Origin: Mobula hypostoma
Lineage: Eukaryota
Reading direction: 5' to 3'
Length of the DNA: 64,000 nt
NCBI RefSeq assembly: GCF_963921235.1
Contig: NC_086097.1
Span: forward strand, 218,428,001-218,492,000
The notes beneath the pieces are model-generated. The model saw nothing but the letters and a program-made list of their open reading frames with translations. It did no database searches and was not told the DNA's origin. The first letter of the stretch is position 1; each line of letters begins with the position of its first letter. Both the position numbers and the translations under genes were made by a program. Shown piece by piece: positions 34,125 through 46,368 of the stretch.

Positions 34125-34782
34125 CAGACAACCCACCTCTCCCGGAAGTTCCGGAAGTGTCCTGCATATTAATAGTAGCTCCCTGATGCCTGCAAATTAT
34201 ATACGATATCCCGGAAATCAATTTTTTTGAGAGCAAGCGAGCGAGAGAGAGTGAGAGAGAGAAAGCTAGAGAGAGCAAGAGCGACCACGAGAGAGAGAGA
34301 GATCATGAGAGAGCGAGAAAGCGAGTGTGAAAGAGACCATGAGAGAGAGAGAGAGAGAGTGCGAGAGACCGAGCAAGAGAGCGATCACGAGAGAGAAAGA
34401 GAGCGAGCAAGAGAGAGAGCGAGAGTGCGCCATGGCAGAGTGTTCCAAAAAAAGAAAATATAAAACATACGTCACCCCAGACTACCCTAAAGTGTACCCC
34501 TGCACAATAGGGGTCAAAATAATGACAGTGTTGCTCACTGCACTGTTTGCAACAGTGACTTTTCTATTGCCCATGGTGGGTTAAGACTGTAAAAGATGTG
34601 TTGAGGTGAGTTTAACAGGTGTCATTTGTTCATTAGCATAGCTAACATTATTTAAACTAGCTGGCTAGCTGCTAAGGAGCTACTCTATTGCAGACATCCC
34701 ACCTCTCCCGGAAGTTCCGGAGTCTCCCGCAAATTGATGGTGCTACCTCCCTGAAATGAGTTCTTGCAGGGTGGGATGTCTG
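34125..34782 (+). mobile_element. Non-autonomous hAT-type element retaining a BED-finger exon
   Basis: TIRs CAGACAACCCACC and GGTGGGATGTCTG; flanks GTTATA and GTTATG. Frameshifted MAECSKKRKYKTY...AHCTVCNSDFSIAHGG followed by GTGAGT. Internal (GA)n tract. Confidence 0.75.
34228..34430. repeat. Degenerate (GA)n microsatellite inside the hAT derivative
   Basis: Directly visible. Confidence 0.95.
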
Positions 34783-34884
34783 GTTATGTTGAATTAGCAT
34801 ATGACTTTGGTGATGCCAGAATTGGAGTGTTATGTACAGTTTAGGTCACCTATAGTACCTACAAGGAAAGGTATTAAAAATATT

Positions 34885-36030
34885 GGAGGATCAGAGGGAT
34901 CTTGGGGTCCGAGTCCATAGGATGCTCAAAGCAGCTGCGCAGGTTGACTCTGTGGTTAAGAAGGCATATGGTGTATTGGCCTTCATTAATCATGGAATTG
35001 AATTTAGGAGCCGAGACGTAATGTTCCAGCTATATAGGACCCTGGTCAGACCCCACTAGGAGTACTGTGCTCAGTTCTGGTCGCCTCGCTACGGGAAGGA
35101 TGTGGAAGCCATAGAAAGGGTGCCGAGGAGATTTACAAGGATGTTGCCCGGATTGGGGAGCATACCTTATGAGAATAGGTTGAGTGAACTCGGCCTTTTC
35201 TCCTTGGAGTGACGGAGGATGAGAGGTGACCTGATAGAGGTGTATAAGATGATGAGAGGCATTGATCGTGTGTATTGTCAGAGGCTTTTTCCCAGGGCTG
35301 AAATGGTTGCCACAGGAGGACACAGGTTTAAGGTGCTTGGGAGTAGGTACAGAGGAGATGTCAGGGGTAAGTTTTTACCCATAGAGTGGTGACTGCATGG
35401 AATGGGCTGCGGGCAACGGTGGTAGTGGTGGATACAATAGGGTTTTTAAGAGACTTTTATATAGGTACATGGAGCTTAGAAAAATAGAGGGCTATGAGTA
35501 ACCCTATTAATTTCTAAGGTAGGGACATGTTTGGCACAACTTTGTGGGCTGAAGGATCTGTATTGTGCTGTAGGTTTTCTATGTTTCTAGATTAGATTAG
35601 ATTAGATTCAACTTTATTGTCATTGTGCCGAGTACAGATACAAAGCCAATGAAATGCAGTTAGCATCTGACCAGAAATGCAAAGAATAGTGTTATTTACA
35701 AAATAACTGCGAATAAGAAGTAAGTGCTACAGCACACAAATATAAAAGTACTGAGACAGTACAATATGGGTGCAATACTGCTTAGCGCTGTAATGTGACG
35801 TTCAGCAGGGTCACAGCCTCAGGGAGGAAGCTCTTCCTGTGCCTGCTGGTGTGGGAGCGGAGGCTCCTGTAGCGCCTACCGGATTGGGGAGAGTAAAAAA
35901 TCAATGGTTAGGGTGAGATGCATCCTTGATAATGCTTTTCGCCTTGCCCAGGCAGCGTTTATGGTAGATGTTCTCAATGGTGGGCAATTAGATGCTGATA
36001 ATCTGCTGGGCAGTTTCTAATATGTTTCTA
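34885..36030 (+). mobile_element. CR1 (family A) 3' end; its tail is interrupted by a Rex1 fragment
   Basis: Near-identical inverted copy of 24683-25390. The tail ctatgtttcta resumes at ~36020. Confidence 0.9.
35590..36012 (-). mobile_element. Rex1/Babar 3' end with (AATCT)n tail, 7-bp TSD
   Basis: The minus strand encodes IIKDASHPNH..F..RRYRSL...SFLPEAVTLLN. TSD GTTTCTA at 35583-89 and 36013-19. Confidence 0.8.
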
Positions 36031-36297
36031 ATGCAGAGAAAATGTATAAGGATGTTGCCAGGGCTTGAGGACCTGATTTATAGGGAAAGGTTGACTTGGT
36101 TAGGACTTTGTTCCCTAGAGTGTAGGAGAATGAGGGGAGATTTTATAGAGGTATACAACATTTTGAGGGATATAGGTAGGGTTAATCAAGCGGGGTGACA
36201 CTACAAATAGAGGCCATGGGCTAATAGTGAAACATGAAGTGTGTAAGGGGAATATGAGGGGGAACTTCTTCACTCAGAGGGTGGTGAGAATGTACAA

Positions 36298-39115
36298 CAG
36301 TGTTTCCCAACCTTCTTTAGCCCAACACCCCCTAAAGCACCTTCATACTTGCCAACGACCCCCTGAAGCACCTTCGCACTTGCTAATGCCCCTCTTAAGC
36401 ACAACGTATACTTTCTGCCGCCTCCATAGTGTAAAAACATGTCTACCATATGCTAACATGAGAAAGATGATTCTGCTTTAAGTTTTGATTTGCCTTTAAA
36501 CCTAGTTTACACCGTACCTGTATGCTGTACAGCAGCTTCGATATCAATCTGATCCTTGAGCTTCATGGTTTTTATCAAGAGTTGAAATAGCTGGTTCAAG
36601 TTGTGACAGCAAAAGCCTTTTAAGTCCCCATGAGTAACAATGTGCGTGTTTTCTGTTCTTTGTGAGAATGAGGTTCACTGCACTGAAGCATCACATACCA
36701 CAAAAGCTGACATTTTGAAAAGTATTTTTGCTTCTTCATCATTCTGAATTTCAATAACATTTTCTTGTAAGTTCTCTTCCTGTCCTTCCACTTTTCAAAT
36801 AAATGGGTTAATTACCCTGTCTGAAATCTCCATATCATCAAATGCTTGAATCAATTCTGAAAATCCTTCTTTAGTGACTGCAGATGTAAGCAGTACTTTC
36901 GCAAATCACCATCTGTGAAAGAGAGTGCCATACTTTCCATGTAGGGAAATTGTGGGAACATTCTTCTCCCAATGATTTGCTCATGTATTACCAATTTTCT
37001 GATAAAAGTGGACACTGCACATTTTGCCTGAATTAAATTGAAATTCTCACCCTGCAGTTTCATAGTTAGAACCTTCATTTTGTCATATAGATCAGCTAGG
37101 TATGTCACATCTCCATGTAGAAGTTCAATGTCATTTCCCAAGCTCTTGTTGAATTTGAGCAAAAATTCAACCCCAGTGTCAAAAAGATCAAAGAAACATT
37201 TTAAACAGCAGCCTTTCAACAGACAACACACTTCAGTGTGAAGAAACAAGAATTTAAACTCTTCATCGTTATCTTGGCATAACAGGCAAAGTGTTCTGCT
37301 ATTTAATGGATGAGCTTTAATTTTTTGATGGCAGGTATTACAAGAGTCATGCTTGAAAAAAATCACTGGCTGAGGTTTCTGGCTGCAAAACGTTGATGAT
37401 GAATTACACAATGGATTGCAAACAGACTAGGAATTTCTTTTTTCATAAATGCCACTAAATGAGCATGGCAACCTGTCATATGTGGTGCTCAGGTCATGTT
37501 CCTAATCACAAGAAATCATGTTCCTAATCAAAACACTTTTATCCTCAATATACATTTTGAGCTCATCATGGATTGATTCTCCATTGATATTTGTTTTTAA
37601 CTTTTTACAAAAGGGAATCTCTTCATAAACTTTTCCATTTTTGATAAATCATACATATGCCATTAGTAATGCCTCATTGTCTTGCACAGTTGACATCCAG
37701 TTGCATTCCAAAATCTGTTTTTTGTAGCTCTGTCCATAGTTGATACTCAATCTCTTCATTCATTTCATCAATATGACAAGCTACAGAGTTATTAGTCAGA
37801 GGAATTGATTTTAAAACTGGTATGATTTTGGGAACAGTGGTGAGCACTTCTGATATAGCTGGCACAATTAATCTTTCACCAGTTGTATGAGATTTTCCAC
37901 ATTTAGTTATCATTTTGGAAATGTTAAAAGATTTAATGAAACCACTATCAAGGTGATTTTTAGCTTTCTTGGCAAATGACTTGTGGGAGCAACACTTTTC
38001 AAATGCTTCTTTCGTCTTCTAGAACTGCATAATACCATAAGTAGCCTTTTCAGGGTGTGTTTTATGGATGTGTTCCTGCAATCTTGATGGTTTCATGGCT
38101 TCATTAGACAGTACACTATTACAAATAAGACAGATGGGGCATTGCTGATCTGACAGGAACAGACTAAAACCATACTCCAGGTATGTAACATTGTATTGAC
38201 ACACTTTCTTTAGTTTCTGTTTCTTAGCAGGATTAGAATTCAAGGCTTCACCACCCCCAGACTCAAGGAGATTGCGCTGTACTTATTTATCCATCATTAA
38301 TGTAAAAATTAATGTTAAATTAAATTAAATTAAAATAAAAAATTAACACAAACTGGGAATGCCTATTGGATGTTGATGATGGCAGCAAGTTGACACAGAT
38401 GAAATGATGGTAGTGGCACGCAAAGGAATGGCGAGGCGAAGATGAAGATGATCACAGCAGTGAAAATTACATTGACAAGGATTCAGATTGGAATCTGAAT
38501 GTTAGTTGGGATAGAGATGGTGTTGGGCAAGTTACCATTATACTATTCTAGTTAGAGTGATTGTCCGATCACATAAAGTCTCTTAATCCCCAAAGATGGT
38601 TCTTGACCACACATATGAAGCTAAGGTCGCTTTGAACACCTCAAGAGGGATCCTCGGGGTTGGCAGGCTCACTGATTGTCTCTATATCACCATTTGATTC
38701 CGGCCAGTGCTGTTTCATTGCATGACCTGTTTTCCATAAGTCTGGAGAGAAAGTTGAGACAGTGTTCTTGACTTACCAACTGTTAAATTGCATGAACTCC
38801 TTTTGTAGTGTGAGTCAAGGGGAACCCTTGGTTGCTAATTTATGCACCCTCAATTTATGTTTGGTTGGTAAGGTCGGATGAGATGGCCGATTTTCAGACA
38901 CGTTGTGACGATGAGAGCTCATTGCCTGCAGGGCTGTGGTTCTTCCTGTGTTCCAGTGCCTCATTCTTATTTTTTGGAAGTACCTGCTCTACTAATAGTC
39001 GGTCAGGTCTCGTGCCTCAAGTTAGGGGTGCCGCTTACCGCCCCACCCTCCCTAATGATTTCTATTTCCGCTCACACCCCTTTAGGACACGTAACCACTC
39101 TGTTGGGAATCACTG
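36298..39115 (-). mobile_element. Full-length Buster-type hAT transposon with decayed transposase
   Basis: TIRs CAGTGTTTCCCAAC and (reverse complement) CAGTGATTCCCAAC. Flanks ATGTACAA and GTGTAGAG with central TA. ORF fragments CLICNSVLSNEAMKPSRLQEH (BED), KSHTTGERLIVPA..QLD and LHTEV..YLAD. Confidence 0.92.
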
Positions 39116-39325
39116 GTGTAGAGCAAACTGCCAGTGGAAGTGGTGGATTCAGGTTTAATTTCAACATTTAAGAGAAATTTGGATAGGTACATGAATGGGA
39201 GGGGAATGGAGGGCTATGGTCCAGGTGTAGGTCGATGGGACTGGTCAGATTAATGGTTCGGCACAGACTAAATGGGCCAAAGGGCCTGTTTCTGTGCTAA
39301 AGTGATCTATGACTCTCTGACTCTA

Positions 39326-39645
39326 AGAGTTCATGTCCTAAATGGTGAGGGTCCCTAATGAGATGTGCCACCTTCTTGAGGCATCACCTCTTGAAGATGT
39401 CCTTGATGGTTGGGAGGCTTTTGTTCATTATGGGGTTAGCTGTGTCTAGAACGTTCCGTAGCCTCTTTTGACTCTGTGAGTTGGAGGATTCATACCAGGC
39501 TGTGAGGTGACCAGTTAGAATGCTCTCCACTGTATATCTAGAGAAATTTTCAAGAGTCTTTGGTGACATACCAAATCTCCTCAAACTCCTAATGGTGTGG
39601 AGCTGCTGATGTGCCTTTTGCATGCTTATGTTGTTATGTTGCACA
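39326..39645 (-). mobile_element. Rex1/Babar fragment
   Basis: KAHQQLHTIRSLRRFGMSPKTLENFSRYTVESILTG. Confidence 0.85.
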
Positions 39646-40090
39646 CCCTTTCCACTGCATCAAAGTTCCCAATTGCTTCCCAGTCTCAATGAGGCCTGGA
39701 TAGCTGGATAAATCAATTGCATTTTTGAGGTGAACCAGTGAAAAGGTCTATCCAAAGAGACAGTGGAGAGATGATTCACTATTTGAAGTGAGTAATCAGA
39801 AAGTATTAGTTTTGGAGGCTAGGTGATCTGCGGAGATGACAAAATCCTGCATTTTTAAATATTTTTATTTCTTTTATAGAGAAGTCCTCTTCTACTTCGA
39901 AGTGCTGATGAGACTGCTTTGAGTATAGTTTACCAAACCTGGAATGTTGTCTGCTGGCAGGACGGTCAGGAAGCCTTCCTGTACATTCTGTGGATACGGG
40001 TTCTCATTTTAAACTGGCGAATGGCATGGAGTGCCATGGCGTCCATGCTGGAGTCAGTGCTGCCCCGCAGTGTTTGCTCAGTGGAACACT

Positions 40091-40350
40091 GGGGCAGCAC
40101 GGTAGTGCAGTGGTTAGCACAATGTTTTCACATAGTAGTGACCTGTGTTCAATTCCCACTGCTGCCTGCAAAGAAGTTTGTACATTCCCCCCATGACTGT
40201 GTGGGTTTCCTGTGGGTGTTCCGGTTTCATCCCACAGTCCAAAGATGTACTGGTTGGTTGGTTAATTCATCATTGTAAATTGTCCCATGATCGGGGCTGG
40301 CACGGCTTGAAAGGCTGGAGGGACCTATTCCATGTTGTATCTCGACTCAA
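40091..40350 (+). mobile_element. V-SINE (HE1-like)
   Basis: tRNA head ggcagcacggtagtgcagtggttagc..gttcaattcc and V-domain gtgggtttcc..ccggtttcatcccacagtccaaaga. Confidence 0.85.
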
Positions 40351-40798
40351 AATTAATAATATTTTTTTGAAAATATGAATATTTATTAATAATAGATTTT
40401 AATATTAATTATTAACAATAATTACAATTATTGTTAAATAAGTTAAGAATGTTAACACATGATGTGTCCTAGATTATACTCTCAATTGTACAAATAATAC
40501 TAGCATCTGTGGAAAGAGAAACAGAGAGCTGTAGAAGATCAATTAGAACTACCAAACACAGTAGATAAATAACTTTGCAGGGAAGCTGGAAAAGGAAGGG
40601 AGAAGACACAGGCAATAAGTTTGACAGGGTGAGATCAAGTTTGCTAGCGGGATAAGTTGTAAATAAGAGCGCACCTTAAAGATGGAGCCAGATAGTGAGA
40701 GTACGAATAAAAGAAAAGAGAAGCTGTGACGTGTAGAGCTGTGAGAAATGCTCCGCAGGTCAGGCTGGTGGAGGGGAGAAGGAAGAGAGCCAATATTT

Positions 40799-41088
40799 GG
40801 TGTCACGGTAGTGTAGTGGTTAGTGTGATTCCGTTACAGCTCGAGGCATTCTGGAGTTCGAAATTCAATTCTGTTGGCGTTCTGTATGTAATCTCTGTAC
40901 GTCCTCTGTGTGGGGTTTTCCCGGGTGCTCTGGTTTCCTCCTACGGTCCAAAGCCATGCTAAGTAGGTTAATAGGTAGTTGTAAATGGTCTCTTGATTAG
41001 ATTAGGGTTAATAGGGATTGTGGGGTTGTTGGAGTAGCATGGCTTGAAGGGTTGGAGTGGCCAAATCCGTGCTGTATCACTAAATAAG
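40799..41088 (+). mobile_element. V-SINE (HE1-like)
   Basis: cacggtagtgtagtggttag head, V-domain ccgggtgctctggtttcctcctacggtccaaag, and CR1-like tail gtgctgtatcactaaataa. Confidence 0.8.
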
Positions 41089-41419
41089 TGAATAATGTAT
41101 TATTGATGAATGACCTGAAAAATTATAATACAAGCACAGAAAGTCATTTGGTTATCTGAAATTAGAGTATTTGATATTGAATCATTCAGCTGGCTTGCCG
41201 CCTTCGTACATGCATGAAATGTGATAATTCTTTGGAAGACCCAAGATCTGCGCTGTAGCTGGGGTCATTCTGATTGTGCAAATGGTTGAATTCAGACTTC
41301 AGTCAAGCTGTTCATTGAGTACTGATGGTGAGTTGTGAGGTGGGATGAAATCATTGTGAGTTATTTTGCACTGTGGGTAATAATGTGTTTAGTGCCAAGA
41401 TTATATGTCACTTTATAAA

Positions 41420-43000
41420 GACCTAAAGGTACATAATTCACCCGGACCAGATGAACTGCACCCTAGGGTTCTGAAAGAGGTAGCATTAGAGATTGTGGCA
41501 GCATTAGCAATGATCTTTCAAAAATCATTGGACTCTGGCGTGGTGCCAGAGGACTGGAAAATTGCGAATATCACTCCACTCTTTACGAAATGAGGAAGGC
41601 AGCAGAAAGGAAATTATAAACCAGTTAGCCTGACCTCAGTGGTTGGGAAGATGTTAGAGTCAATTGTTAAGGATGAGGCGATGGAGTACTTGGGGACACA
41701 GGACAAGATAGTACAAATTCAGCATGGTTTCTTTCAGGGAAAATCCTGCCAGATGAATCTGTTGGAATTCTTTGAGGAGATTACAAGTAGGGTAGATAAA
41801 GGGGAGGAAGTAGATGTTGTATATTTGGACTTTCAGAAGGTCTTTGACAAGATGCCACACATGAGGCTGCTTACCAAGTTACGAGCCTATGGTATTACAG
41901 AAAAGATACTAACATGGGTAGAGCATTGACTGATTGGAAGGAGGCAGCAAGTGGGAATAAAAGGAGTCTTTTCTGGTTGGCTGCCAGTGACTAGTGGTGT
42001 TCTGCAGGGGTCCCGGTGTTGGGACCACTTCTTTATATGCTGTATATAAATGATTTAGATGATGGAATAGATGGCTTTGATGCTAAGTTTGCAGATGATA
42101 TGAAGATTGGTGGAAGGGCAGGTAGTGTTGAGGAAATGTGTAGGATGCAGAAGGACTTAGACAGATTAGGAGAATGGGCAAGAAAGTGGCAAATGAAATA
42201 TAATGTTGGAAAACGCATGGCCATGCACTTTGGTAGTAGAAATCAATGTACGTACTATTTTCTAAATGAGGAAAAAATCCAAAAATATGCAAAGGGACTT
42301 GAGAGTCCTTGTGCAGAACACCCTAAAGGTTAACTTGCAGGTTGAGTCAGTGGTGAGGAAGGCAAATACCATGTTAGCATTCATTTCAAGATGTCTAGAA
42401 TACAAGAGCAAGGATGTGATGCTGAGGCTTTATAAGGCACTGGTGAGGCCTCACCTTGAGTATTGTGAACAGTTTTGGGCTCCTCATCTTAGAAAAGATG
42501 TGCTGGCATTGGAGAGGGTCCAGAGGAGGTTCACAAGGATGATTCCAGGAATGAAAGGGTTATCATACAAGGAATGTTTGATGGCTTTGTGTCTGTACTC
42601 ACTGGAATTTAGAAGGATGAGGGGGGATCTTTTTGAAATGTTGAAAGGCCTAGACAGAGTAGATGTGGAAAGGATGTTTCCCATGGTGGGAGAGTCTAGG
42701 ACAAGAGGGCACAACCTCAGAATAGATGGGTGTCCATTCAAAACAGAGATGTGGAGAAATTTCTTTAGCCAGAGAGTGGTGAATTTGTGGAATTTATTAT
42801 CACTGGCAGCTGTGGAGGCCAGGTCACTGGGTGCATTTAAGGCAGAGATTGATAGGTTCTTGATTGGACATGGCATTAAAGGTTACGGGGAGAAGGCCTT
42901 GAAATGGGGTTGAGGATGGGATAAAAAAAGATCAGCCATGATAGAATGGTGGAGCAGACTCGATGGGCCAAGTGGCCTAATTCTGCTCCTATGTCTTATG
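41420..43000 (+). mobile_element. CR1 (family D) RT and 3'UTR, degenerate
   Basis: SPGPDELHPRVLKE, QHGFFQGKSC, KFADD and RPHLEYCEQFWAP. Tail ctcctatgtcttatg. Confidence 0.95.
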
Positions 43001-43351
43001 ATCATTATTTGAAAAGCTTGGAGGCTGCCTTGGACTGGTTCAATATAAGCGGAGTTTTGAATAGAGCTGTAAAATCAGTATTGATCATCCCATTCTTATC
43101 CTGAGTGATGGAGGATCACTAACAGGATGATACACATGAGCCTTCGAAAATTTTGAAACAAGTTTTACTACTGAGAAAGTGTAATTGATGAATTTTAGTG
43201 CCCTTTGAATGGACAAAGAATAACTAATCTCCAAGATAATTTTAAGATATCCCCTCCTCTTCCTTACATCACTGTCCATATCTTCCTCACTCCACTCACT
43301 AATTTCCATTAATGATTATGCTGGTTTTCAGTAGAGCTCTCACTCTTCTAC

Positions 43352-43555
43352 TTTTCAGATGAGACATTAAACACATGTTCTGTCAGGTGGGCATAGAAGA
43401 TTGTTTGGAACAATTGGAGGAATTAAGCTCGGTAAACATTAAACTCTCGATCAACATTACTTCAATAGATTAGCTGATCATTATGTTACTACTTGAGGAG
43501 CTTGGCTGCTGCATTTCCTACATTATGTGAAAAGCAAAACATTAATTTGATGGAG
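43352..43555 (+). mobile_element. Ancient Deu-domain SINE remnant (SacSINE1/AmnSINE1-like)
   Basis: ttcagatgagacattaaac...tcaggtgggcatagaaga and ttggctgctgcatttcctacatta recall the Deu core. A similar remnant lies at ~56360-56495. Confidence 0.45.
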
Positions 43556-43572
43556 AATATCAAATAGAATCA

Positions 43573-46368
43573 AATAGAACATAGAACATAGAATAGTACA
43601 GCACAGTATAGGCCCTTCGGCCCACAATGTTGTGCCGACCCTCAAACCCTGCCTCCCATATAAGCCCCCACCTTAAATTCCTCCATATACCCGTCTAGTA
43701 GTCTCTTAAACTTCACTAGTGTATCTACCTCCACCACTGACTCAGGCAGTGCATTCCACGCACCAACCACTCTCTGAGTAAAAAACCTTCCTCTAATATC
43801 CCCCTTGAACTTCCCACCTTAAAGCCATGTCCTCTTGTATTGAGCAGTGTTGCCCTGGGGAAGAGGCGCTGGCTATCCACTCTATCTATTACTCTTATTA
43901 TCTTGTACACCTCTATCATGTCTCCTCTCATCCTCCTTCTGTCCAGAAAGTAAAGCCCTAGCTCCCTTAATCTCTGATCATAATGCATACTCTCTAAACC
44001 AGGCAGCTTCCTGGTACATCCCCTCTGTACCCTTTCCAATGCTTCCACATCCTTCCTATAGTGAGGTAACCAGAACTGGACACAGTACTTCAAGTGTGGC
44101 CTAACCAGAGTTTTACAGAGCTGCATCATTACATCGTGACTCTTAAACTCTGTCCCTCGACTTATGAAAGCTGACACCCCATAAGTTTTCTTAACTATCC
44201 TATCTACCTGTGAGGCAACTTTCAGGGATCTGTGGACATGTACCCCGAGATCCCTCTGCTCCTCCACACTACCAAGTATCCTGCCATTTACTTTGTACTC
44301 TGCCTTGGAGTTTGTCCTTCCAAAGTGTACCACCTCACACTTCTCCGGGTTGAACTCCATCTGCCACTTCTCAGTCCACTTCTGCATCCTATCAATGTCT
44401 CTCTGCAATCTTCGACAATCCTCTACACTATCTACAACACCACCAACCTTTGTGTCGTCTGCAAACTTGCCAACCCACCTCTCTACTCCCACATCCAGGT
44501 CGTTAATAAAAATCATGAAAAGTAAAGGTCCCAGAACAGATCCTTGTGGGACACCACTAGTCACAATCCTCCAATCTGAATGTACTCCCTCCACCACCAC
44601 CCTCTGCCTTCTGCAGGCAAGCCAATTCTGAATCCACCTGGCCAAACTTCCCTGGATCCCATGCCTTTTGACTTTCCGAATAAGCCTACCGTGTGGAACC
44701 TTGTCGAATGCCCTACTAAGATCCATATAGATCACATCCACTGCACTACCCTCATCTATATGCCTGGACACCTCCTCAAAAAACTCTATCAGGCTTGTTA
44801 GACATGATCTTCCATTCACAAAGCCATGCTGACTGTCTCTGATCAGACCATGATTCTCTAAATGCCCAGAGATCCCACCTCTAAGAATCTTTTCCAACAG
44901 TTTTCCCACCACAGGCGTAAGGCTCACTGGTCTATAATTACCCGGACTATCCCTACGACCTTTTTTGAACAAGGGGACAACATTCGCCTCCCTCCAGTCC
45001 TCCAGTACCATTCCCGTGGACAACGAGGACATAAAGATCCTAGCCAGAGGCTCAGCAATCTCTTCCCTCGCCTCGTGGAGCAGCCTGGGGAATATTCCAT
45101 CAGGCCCCGGGGACTTATCTGTCCTAATGTATTTTAACAACTCCAACACCTCCTCTCCCTTAATATCAACATGCTCCAGAACATCAACCTCACTCAGATT
45201 GTCCTCACTATCATCAAGTTCCCTCTCATTGGCGAATACCAAAGAGAAGTATTCACTGAGGACCTCGCTCACTTCCACAGCCTCCAGGCACATCTTCCCA
45301 CCTTTATCTCTAATCGGTCCTACCTTCACCCCATCATCCTTTTTTTCTTCACATAATTGAAGAATGCCTTGGGGTTTTCCTTTACCTTACTCGCCAAGGC
45401 CTTCTCATGCCCCCTTCTTGCTCTTCTCAGCCCCTTCTTAAGCTCCTTTCTTGCTTCCCTATATTCCTCAATAGACCCATCTGATCCTTGCTTCCTAAAC
45501 TTCATGTATGCTGCCTTCTTCCACCTGACTAGATTTTCCACCTCACTTGTCACCCATGGTTCCTTCACCCTACCATTCTTTATCTTCCTCACTGGAACAA
45601 ATTTATCCCTAACATCCCGCAAGAGATCACTAAACATCGACCACATGTCCTTAGTACATTTCCCTGCAAAAACATCATCTCAGTTCACACCCGCATGTTC
45701 TAGCCTTATAGCCTCATAATTTGCCTTTCCCCAATTAAAAAATTTCCTGTCCTCTCTGATTCTATCCTTTTCCATGATAATGCTAAAGGCCAGGGAGCGG
45801 TTGTCACTGTCCCCCAGATGCTCACCCATTGAGAGATCTGTGACCTGGCCCGGTTCATTACCTAGTACTAGATCTAGTATGGCATTCCCCCGGTTGGCTT
45901 GTCCACATACTGTGAGAGGAATCCGTCCTGGACACACTTAACACACTGAACACACTGGATACACTGAGTTACATATGGCCCTTGTGGCTAAAGGGATCAG
46001 CGGGTATGGAGGGAAGGCTGGTACAGGGTTCTGAGTTGGATGATCAGCCATGATCATACTGAATGGCGGTGCAGGCTTGAAGGGCTGAATGGCCTACTCC
46101 TGCACCTATTTTCTATGTTTCTATGTTAACAAACTCTGCCCCATCTAAACCCTTGGAACTAATCAGGTGCCAATCAATATTAGGGAAGTTAAAGACACCC
46201 ATGATAACAACCCTGTTATTTTTGCACCTTTCCAAAATCTGCCTCCCAATCTGCTCCTCTGTATCTCTGCTGCTACCAGGGGACCTATAGAATACCCCCA
46301 ATAGAGTAACTGCTCCCTTCCTGTTCCTGACTTCCACCCGTACTGACTCAAAAGAGGATCCTGCTACA
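43573..46368 (-). mobile_element. Young CR1 (family C): partial APE plus uninterrupted 534-aa RT ORF
   Basis: ORF 45329-43725 carries all RT motifs ([26 protein letters not shown]). APE remnants GVFYRSP and AILDLVL..SDN. Tail (ATGTTCT)n. Confidence 0.96.
45944..46125 (+). mobile_element. Short CR1 3' end inserted into family C copy, 6-bp TSD
   Basis: TSD TTAACA at 45938-43 and 46126-31. Ends gaatggcctactcctgcacctattttctatgtttctatg. Confidence 0.85.

Larger units (their letters stand above)
33485..39325 (+). mobile_element. CR1 (family B) RT/3' region broken into four pieces by nested insertions
   Basis: Collinear pieces at 33485-34124, 34783-~34885, 36031-36297 and 39116-39325, ending ctatgactctctgactct. 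Confidence 0.85.

Noticed and set aside
34227..34475. R/E-rich and S/L-rich ORFs
   Set aside because: Translations of the (GA)n tract.
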